64,000 nucleotides of DNA from contig CALSCP010000307.1 in the NCBI GenBank assembly GCA_943704425.1, forward strand, positions 6,318 to 70,317, read 5' to 3'. Below the pieces are notes generated by a model. The model did not search any database and was not told where the DNA came from. It saw only the letters and a list, made by a program, of their open reading frames with translations. The translations under genes and the position numbers were made by a program. Every line of letters begins with the position of its first letter. Within the stretch, counting starts at the first letter, position 1. Source of the DNA: Ministeria vibrans ATCC 50519 (lineage: Eukaryota > Protista > Filasterea). Shown here piece by piece: positions 54,237-64,000 of this stretch.

Positions 54237-55160
54237 GGCGGTGGTGGTGGTGGTGGTGGAGTGTGCTCTGGTCGCCGTGAAGTACGACGACGGCGCAGCA
54301 CGACCCCCTGCCACCGGACCCTCGTCGCTGTCGTTGTCGCTCATGTCGTCGTCCGGCAGCTTGCTCAGGTCCGTGTCGAGCACTTCGAGAACAGTGCAGA
54401 ATCGCCAAAAGTGCTCTTCGTCACACGCCTCAAACAGGCGATGCCGCTGGTTCTGGCCCCGCAGGGTGCGCTCAATGGCAGTTCTAAGAATACATGCCCG
54501 TGCATTGGCGGCGTGAGCGGTTCAAACGCCCAATGACAGATTCAAAGGAAACACAAAAGGAGAATGTTTTTTTTTTCAGGTTTGGCATTTTTTTAAAAAT
54601 CCTGACGACAAAAAAGATATCAAACGAAAAAAAAATATAAAAAGTGAAATGAGTGTAGATGTGAAGGAAAACACTCTGATCAGGCACGAATAAGGCGTAC
54701 AAAGGCGTGTGAAGTTGGTGCACGGTGAGATCCTACCTGATTTTCGTGTGGTACGGAACGCGATCGCGTTGGCGAATTTCCTGCCACCGTCTCGCGACAA
54801 AATCATGGATCTCGTCGATGTGGACGCGCTTTCCGCCGTGCTTGGCGACCGCCTGCGTCATGGCCACTGTTGCGCGAAGAGACAGGAGATGGATCAGCCC
54901 AGCTCGACTCACACGAGAAAAATGGGGAAAAAAAAAAAAAAAGGCGTCGAGTGGTACGAAGTCACCAAGGGGAAGTCTGGGGGGGGTTTGCGGGGCAGAG
55001 TAGCAGGGGAGGGTCCTGGGGCGTGATCGGAAGTGTCGACGGGGCGGGCGAGGGGCGCGGTATACCTTGAATATCGGTCAAGTCGTCGCGGTTGAGGTAG
55101 GCACTCAGCGGATGGAGGCCTCCGCGGGGCCCATCGTCGAACCCGTCCGCCTGCACACAC
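52624..55160 (-). CDS. Hypothetical protein with three related winged-helix-like repeats; 5' end not resolved
   Basis: Three segments share LTx[LI]Q...Wxx[LI]RxR[DN]xxxY and are separated by polyA/T/S linkers. Introns are GT-AG. Confidence 0.55.
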
Positions 55161-55733
55161 GCCGTTAGTCCCTTGCAATGTAATAACGCCAACTCCGCAG
55201 TCTCTGCAAGTGTCCATCGTCCGCTTTTCCCTTCCGACGTTACTTTTTTTTTTCTCTCTCTCTCTCTCTTTTTGTTGGACGTCCTGTCAAAAACTCATGA
55301 AAGTCGAGAAAGAGCGCAGCGCGGCGGAGGACATTGGGATGGCACTCGCAAAGCAGATCTTACGTCGAGCACGGCCTTCAGATGCCCGCAATGCCAAGAG
55401 GGACGCACAGAGGTATTTTTCAAATACCAAAACGATAGGGACGCTCCTGAGTAAGGAGTTTGCAGTGCCGACGCCGGGATGCTGCGACGCACTGTCCCCT
55501 TACGGAATCGCCCCATAGTATGTTTGTAGAAGAAAGTGTTTTTATATTAATTTTACTTTTTTTTTTTTTTTTTTTTNNNNNNNNNNGAGACGGCCGCAGT
55601 AGCAGTAGGCGTCGAGAGGCAGCCGGGCAAAGAGAAGGAGGAGACTCTTGATCAAGAAATGAGAGTTCAGTCACTCACGTTTCACTTTGACTGAAAAGTT
55701 TTTTTTTGTCTCTCTTGTTCGTTTGTAAAAAAA

Positions 55734-58700
55734 ATGCTTCGGGTCGCACTGTGGCGCTCGACTGGGCCCAGTCGGTGTGTGGCGGGGTGGGTTCGTCGGC
55801 GTCTGACGAGCGCACAGGCGTCAGAAGGCGCGGGGGCGGCCGGGGCGAGTGAGAGTGGCGGCAGCATGCGCACGGAATTCCGCACGCATCGATTTGGCGG
55901 GCGCTACACTCTCTTGACGGACATGTGGCTGCGAAACTCGCTGGCCATTGAGAACCTTGTGCCCCCGACGGCGAGCGAGGCGGCCGCAGCGGCCCCTAAG
56001 GCGCCAGAGACGGACGACAAGACGCGCGGCGATGCGACGACGGCGCACGAGAAGAATCCCTTGAAGATTGAACGCTTCCAGGTCGGACGCAAGGCTGGTT
56101 TTGTCGAGACCATCGCTCCTGGCCAGATTCGCGACGAACACGTACGAATTCAGCAACAATTCGACTTTATTTAATTTTGGCTCTCACTTTCTCTCACTCA
56201 CTCTCTCTCTCTCTCTTTTTTTCTTGTCGTCTCAGGCGTTGCGCACGACGATCACAGAGTACTTTGACACAGTAGAAAAGCTGAACGACCTGACAGGGCG
56301 AGGAATGCTCGATAAGACTCAGCTGGCACAAATGGCCCGACTGCCCCGATGGATTCGTCGCGCCATCTCCAACGACAAGACCGACTTTGAGCTGCACCAG
56401 CGTCTGTCGTACCTCATCTCCAACGTCGAGTTTCCACTGATGGTCTCGTCGACGCAGCGACTCGCTCTCATGGGCGAGCTCCGCATGCAAATGGTCCGTC
56501 ACGGCATTTCGCCGTCGCGCACGCAGTACCACAAGTTTCTCAACTTCTACTTGCGCTACGGCAGCGAAAAGGTGGCCAATCTGATACAGGAAGAAATGCG
56601 CCAAGCCGGCATGCGAGTCTCAATTGCATTCTACACGATGAAGCTGTCGCGACTGTTGCATCGCCGCCACTTCGACGCCTTTGACCGTGTCCTCGAGACG
56701 GCCATGGATGACCCCACCATCGACAAGGACCCACGCTTCTATGCTGTCGTTGCCGCACGCCACCTTGCCTCCAAGAATTATGCCGAATTCAATCGTATTG
56801 TCGACATGCTCGGTGAAGAAGGGTAAGGAGGACGAAATATTCACAATGATAATAAAAACATTAATTTACTGTGTGTGCATGTGTGTGGTTTTTGCCTCCT
56901 CCCCTTAGGCGCATTCCGCACTGGTTTGTCACCGTTGCGTCCAAGACGCTTCCTGACGCCGCAGTGCGTGAGGAAGGAGTCATTGAGGCCGTTTTGGCGT
57001 CGATGGAACGATACAATGTGAAACCCAACGACGTAGGCCACGCACACAATACGTTGACAGAGGACATAAATGTGTTTTTGACATTGGTATTCGTCTTTTT
57101 TTTAGTTTGTTCTAGGGTCTGTGCTTCGAGCGGCATTCTTGCGAGAGGACCCTGATTTTGCGCAAACGATGGTGGAGCGGATGCAGGCGGAGCACGGTGT
57201 GAAGATGAACGTAGTACTGCACACACAGCTGATGAAGGTGTATGCGCGGTGCGGGTGGATCAACAAGGCGGCGATGGAGGGCGAGATGCTCATGTCGGGC
57301 CGCTATGAGTTGACCGAAATGGCCGTGCAGGAGCTGATGTGTCTGTATTCGCGCGAGGGGATGATTGCCAATGCGGAGACGCTCGTGTCGCGTGTGCAGA
57401 ACTCATTGCGCGCCGAGGGCAACAGGCCGGGTGTGGCGATGCCGCTGCGCCTCATGACATCTTTCATGCAGATGTACGTGTGGCAGGGGATGCCGGACAA
57501 GGCGCTGCGCGTGTACGACGCTGTCCTTGAGCAAGGGTCCAAGCCCGACACGGTCATGCAGACACAGCTGCTTCTTGCCCTTGTCAATGCCCACCGTTTT
57601 GATGACGCCGAGCGCGTCATTGCCAGCATTGTGCGCAGCACTTCTGAGCGCTTTGCTCGCGTCAAGACACTCACGCCCAACGACTGGGACCCCAACGACT
57701 TTCTCTACAAGAACGAACGCAAGGAGACATTTGAGCCGCAGCTCATCCGTCTCATGATCCAAGTAACAACCCCTTGTTCTTGTCTGAGAATAAGTGTACC
57801 TCTTACTGTTGTGTACATTCTTTTTTATATATTAATTTAGACGTATGCAGCCAAAGGGCAGTGCGAGAAGGTGCGCCAGCTAATTCCGCATCTGCAGACG
57901 ATTGGTGAGGAGGGGAGCATGCCTCGACAGATTGGGGCTGCAGGTTTGAGTATCGTGGCGCTGGTGGGGGCATCCAAGGCGGATTCAGCCACGACGCGTC
58001 TTGCCATCGAGACCATTGATGAGCTGTGCATTGCTGCCACTGCCATGGATCCGACTCTCCAGTCCACGCGCGCCTTTTTGGTCCGCGCTATGTATTTGTC
58101 TGGCCGCGAGAAGGCCCTTCCGGTTATGGTAAGTGTATGTGTGCGTACGTGTGTGTCTCTGTATCACTTTGTGTCTCTGTATCACTTTGTTTCTTTTTCT
58201 CTTATCTCTCTCCATCAATTTTTTTTCTATCTATCTGTACGTGTGTGTGTGTGGAAGAGATTTGCGTCTTTAAACTTTTTTTTTTAAAAAAAAACAAAAA
58301 AAAACACGTCCCTCTTCTGTGTATAGTCACTTCGCCAGTGTCGTGAGATCATTACAGGGCTGTCGATTGTGCTGTCGCGGACGAGCGCGCGTGATGAACG
58401 GGGTTTGGCGGACGGATGTTTTGCACTGCAGCACGAACTGCGTCCGACCGTGATGCGAGCCGTGGCGCAAGAGCGGATACACTGGAAGATACCTGATCTG
58501 GTCAAGGAGATGATCGAAATCAGCAAGCAGGTCGACGCAGAGATGATGCCGCAGTACAAGTCGGGCTTTATGCGCATCCTCCTCAACGAGGCCCGCCATC
58601 CGTACGCCGCCCTTGAGCTCTACCGATCCGTCTACGACATTTCCTACCACAACTCGGCCCACCCCGCGTACGCCCGCCACAAGGCCCGCTGGCCTATCAG

Positions 58701-59204
58701 TCCCTATTTTGTCGCCAACATCAAGAGCGCAGTCCACCGCATCCTCCTCAAAGAGGGCCGCATCGTGGTAAGTACTCACACTCAAACACTCAATGCGCAC
58801 ACTGACCTACCGGCGCGCGCTTTTCCGTTCTGTTCAGCCGGGCAGTGAGTGTGCTGATGCGCTGACGTTTGTCCAGTCAAAACTGCAACTGCGCCTCACC
58901 TACCCCACCAACTATTTCTCTATTGCCGCTCTCTTCATTGACTTTGGCTGGAAAACCAACCTCAGAGAACTCCACAACCGGTTTTCTAGCGCAGTCCAGG
59001 AGAACGTCAAAGTAAACGATACAGTCAGAGAGATAGTCGGAGATTGAACTTATGCCCTTTTCCACATAGGACACGGATGTTCTTTCTGACATGTATGACA
59101 AAATCGATGCGAAGATCCAGGACGTGTTTCGGGGCGCTGACTTTTCCCGTCCCCACTGCGGCTTCCGCGGAAAGCACTTCCCTCGTCCCCGTCCCCATTT
59201 TTAA
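55734..59204 (+). CDS. Pentatricopeptide-repeat (PPR) protein, probably mitochondrial; multi-exon
   Basis: Arg-rich presequence MLRVALWRS. PPR-like units LHTQLMKVYARCGWINKA, LMTSFMQMYVWQGMPDKALRVYDAVLEQGSKPD, TQLLLALVNAHRFDDA. Confidence 0.8.
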
Positions 59205-59259
59205 TTTGATACAGTTAGTTGTTATTAGTTATTACAATAGTATTATTACTTTTTTTTTA

Positions 59260-60677
59260 ATGAAGCTCTCTGTTCTTCTTGTGTGTGCCCTCACTGCCGC
59301 GGCTGTTGCCGACCGCGCAGCCCCCGTCTACACGGTGGACCTGGATGCGCCCGACAAGGACCACTGGGCCTTCGTCTCCGCCTACACTGCCGACATGGTT
59401 GCCGCCAAGGCTCTCCTCGCCAGCATTGTGCCCGCCAAAGTACTCCCTCTCGTTGAAATGGTCGCCGCCCAAGCCGACAAGATTCTTGAGGCGCCGTATG
59501 CCGACGAGATGCGCGGAGTGGGTACACACACACACACACACACACACATTGCGTTTTTCTGTATTGTTGGCGGTTGACGCACTGACCGCTCCTCTTCTCC
59601 CGCTTGCTGCAGCTGCTGCCACCCAGAACCAGATGAATCTCGGTGATGTTGTCCTGATGAACCTTATCTGTACGCACAGCGGGCGGGCAGTCGTCTCGTT
59701 TATCGCTGACAGACGTTTGACGTAGACGACTTGACGGCGAGCTGTACGTCAATCGTGGCGGACAACAACGGCACGATCTATCACGCGCGTAACTTGGATT
59801 ATTCGCTCACTGATGTTTTGAAGAACATGACGATTGAAGTTCACTTCCAGCGCGGTGGAAAGGTAAAGTTGAGGGTGATGAAATAAACGTGAGCACTCTC
59901 CCTCACTCTCTCTTTCTCTCTTTCTTTCTGCTCAAGACGGAATATTACGGAACGACGTACGCAGGATACGTTGGACTGTTGACGGGAATGCGACCGGGAG
60001 CCTTTTCGGTCTCGGTCGACGAGCGTGACAAGGGATCGCCGTGGGAGAATGCCCTTGAGATGCTGCTCAATCGTCAGGCGAAGCCACTCTCCTTCATGAT
60101 CCGCGACCATCTTGCCGATCCGACGGCGACCTTTGCCAAGGCAGTCACAGCGTATCAGCATACGCCTCTGATTGCGCCCGTCTACATCATTGTGGGTGGC
60201 GTGGCAGCCGGTGAGGGTGCCATCATCACGCGCGACCGTCTCTTTGCGCTTGACGTGTGGCGCATTGCTCTGCCCGACAACTGGTGGCGCCTCGAGACAA
60301 ACTATGTACTGTTTGATGGAGTTGAGAGAGAGGGTGTATATATATATAATATTATAATATATGTGTGTGTGTGTATGTGTCACTCATTCTGTTCGTTCCC
60401 ACCTCCTCTATAGGATCACTGGGTGGCTCCTCCCTCCAAAGACGATCGTCGTGATCCAGGTAAGGACATAAAATGAGACGTCGACTCTTCTGACACATTT
60501 CTCCTTTCGTTCACTCTTGCAGCCAATGCGAGCATGAAAAAATTGGGACGGGACAATGTCAGTCCCGCGACGCTGTTTGACGTGCTGTCGATCCCTCCTG
60601 TGCTTGCTCCCGGTACCACCTACACCACAACCATGTCAGCTTCCCATGGTTACTTCAACACGACAGTTCGTGCCTGA
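59260..60677 (+). CDS. N-acylethanolamine acid amidase / acid ceramidase family Ntn-hydrolase
   Basis: Signal peptide, YTVDLD.P....W, PYADEMRG, CTSIVA....IYHARNLDY, GYVGLLTG.RPGAFSVSVDER, PVYIIVGG...GEGAIITR, LETNYDHW. Confidence 0.92.
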
Positions 60678-60745
60678 AATCAAATAATCAATCAATCAAA
60701 TAAATCAATCAATCAAATAAATCAATCAATCAAATAAATCAATGA
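60678..60745. repeat. Short AATC/AAAT tandem repeat in the spacer after NAAA
   Basis: AATCAATCAATCAAATA repeated about three times. Confidence 0.75.
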
Positions 60746-60790
60746 TCAATTACTTCAATTAAATTGGTCCAAAAAGTGTATTTCACGAGA

Positions 60791-61007
60791 ATGACGACCA
60801 TGAACGAGTCGGAGCGACGCATGTGGATTGCTATGGAACTCGCTCACGAAGCGTTGGACTGCGGCGAAGTCCCAGTCGGGTGTATTCTTGTCGACGAACG
60901 GACGGGCGAAATTGTCGCCAAAGGACGCAACAAAACGAACGAGTCGTTCAACGTATGCCGTCTACGCGCAGCGCCTTGCCTGCTCACCACGCGTCCTGTT
61001 GTTTTTC

Positions 61008-61063
<56 letters not shown>

Positions 61064-61347
61064 CGGTGAATGACGAAAGGCCACTCGACACGCTGAATTT
61101 GAAGCGATTGCGGAAGTGACGGCCGCACGGGCACCCGCGACGGTGGACTGGGGTCACATTGTGCTCTATGTGACTGTGGAGCCATGCATCATGTGTGCGG
61201 GGGCTCTGAGATTACTTGGTATGTCCACTGTCGAACCCCAACTGATTCAATCCTGCTCATTCTCGCTTTCTTTCTCTCTCTCTCTATGACTTTGTCTCTC
61301 TTGATCACACACACACTCTCTCTCTCTTTCTCTCTTTATCACTTTGT

Positions 61348-61441
<94 letters not shown>

Positions 61442-61581
61442 CTTTGTTTCTTTCACCTCTCACTCGCTCTCTTCACGTCGCAATAACAGGAATCAAAGAG
61501 GTTATATTTGGGTGCCGTAACGACAGATTTGGTGGCTGTGGCTCAGTGTTGGATGTGAACAATTGGGGCACTGTTGAGTAC

Positions 61582-61654
<73 letters not shown>

Positions 61655-61968
61655 CAGAGCGAAGTCATTTTGACACATTTGTGGATTCAGTTGCGATGTG
61701 ACGCCCAGTCGACCGTTTGCTGCTTCATCGGGGATTCTTGAACGCGAAGCTATTCAACTCCTTCGCCGGTTTTATTCGAAAACCAACTTACGTGGTGAGT
61801 GAGTGTGAGAGAGAGCGAGACACAGTGTGTTGAGTCTGTGTGTGAGTAGCGCCTGAGGATAAGCGACGAAGGAAAGAAGGGCGCGAAGAGGCTCGTCGAG
61901 CACCTGAGGAGACCCCTGAAGAGAACGGTCCGGAGGTCAGTTCTGCTCAGGATCAGGAGAAATCATGA
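60791..61968 (+). CDS. ADAT2: tRNA-specific adenosine-34 deaminase catalytic subunit
   Basis: GEVPVGCILV, GRNKTNESFN-ATRHAEFEAI, LYVTVEPCIMCAGAL, FGCRNDRFGGCGSVL. Confidence 0.93.
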
Positions 61969-62284
61969 ACACTCGTGTCGAGTTGACACATTGTACAACA
62001 CCCTTACATACATATATACACACACGTAAATTGACTGTGTTCTACCAATATTGCAAGCGCTTGGACGTCGATGTGATGTGAGAGCGAGCTGATCGTTTAC
62101 ACACTCTTACACTCTCAAATATCATCAGATCGATCATTACAATTCGACTGATTTATTCGCTTGCTTCCACACAGACACACACCAATCACTGAGTTACTCT
62201 ATTCACTCTCCTTCTCATTGGCTAGCTCCCTGGCGTTCAAATACCAACCAGCCAGCTTTGTCAACTGCTTCAAGTTGCTGTGCG

Positions 62285-63177
<893 letters not shown>

Positions 63178-63550
63178 ACTACATCACTCTCTTTCAAACT
63201 AAACCGTGTTTTGACGCGTCACATTCCCTCTCGAGTTGAGTTTCGAGTTTAGTGTTAATATTTGACAGGTACTGTGCGCAGATAACATACATTAGTTCGA
63301 AATTAGCTGAGCGCAATGTGTAATTTTTTGATTGTGGAACTATGTATTTTTCACCCACGCTCTGTTTAGTTTTGATTTTAATCGTTTTTGATTCGATTTT
63401 ACTTTTTATAACTTGACATGGCGATAAATTTCACACTTCATAAGACTATAGTCCCAAGTTCCAACTTCAAAGATTGGAAACTATAGAATAATTAGAATTA
63501 TTAGAATATTTCCTGAACTCTTCAACCGCCAACACCCCCCTCTAACCACA

Positions 63551-64000
63551 ATGAGCTCACTTGTCAAGGACGATGCGGAATGGGTCAACATCCAGATGCG
63601 CGTCTTCACAGCATGGATGAACGAGGTGAAGCGCAAGAGCCGTTGCGCGCGCCAGTCTCACCCGCCTCTCCCGCCTCTCCCGCGCCACGCAGGTCCTCAA
63701 GGAGCGCCCCCCGTTCAAGATCAGCAACTTTGACACGGATCTCAAGGACGGCGTGCTCCTGATCAACATCATGGAGGTGCGCAAGAGCCCTTTGTTTGTT
63801 TGCGCCGTCCGTCGCCCCTCGCTCTCTCTCTCCTCACCCCCTCCCGCCCTCATTCTCGCTAGATTCTCACCGACGCCAAGATCAAGCACAACCCCAAGCC
63901 TAAAATCCAGGTAGGCGCCCCGCGCGTGTCCTGTACGTTCCCCCACAGACGCTAATTCTTTTTTTTGTGTTTGTGGGTTTCTGTTGTTTTTTTTTTTTTT
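63551..64000 (+). CDS. Actin-binding CH1-domain protein (filamin/gelation-factor-like), 5' partial
   Basis: DAEWVNIQMRVFTAWMNE-VLK, ISNFDTDLKDGVLLINIME-IL, KHNPKPK. Confidence 0.8.

Overview
Gene-dense, intron-rich eukaryotic nuclear DNA with GC-rich exons, GT-AG introns full of microsatellites, very short AT-rich intergenic spacers and several N gaps. The gene set suggests an amorphean or opisthokont microbial eukaryote, but this is inference and the species cannot be named. About 25 protein-coding genes can be reconstructed: USP32-like DUB, NAD-IDH regulatory subunit, DUOX and DUOXA, GPD1, NHP2, tepsin, a JmjC-TPR protein, a BTB-BACK-Kelch protein, a METTL21-like methyltransferase, a GT54-WSC glycosyltransferase, CNOT11, NAA25, CCT6, SET1, a PPR protein, NAAA/ASAH1, ADAT2, NUDT21, a partial filamin-like CH protein and several unknowns. 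The top finding is a 394-aa intein (39104-40285; C...HN|C junctions, TxxH block B, degenerate LAGLIDADG endonuclease) inserted in frame in the conserved C-terminal motif of the CCR4-NOT subunit CNOT11, which I do not recognise as a known intein host. Second is a complete DUOX gene head-to-head with its maturation factor DUOXA, the same arrangement as in vertebrates. Also notable are a UBR-box zinc finger inserted inside a methyltransferase domain and a protein with three copies of an unnamed winged-helix-like repeat. Exon boundaries were read by eye, so some gene ends are approximate.
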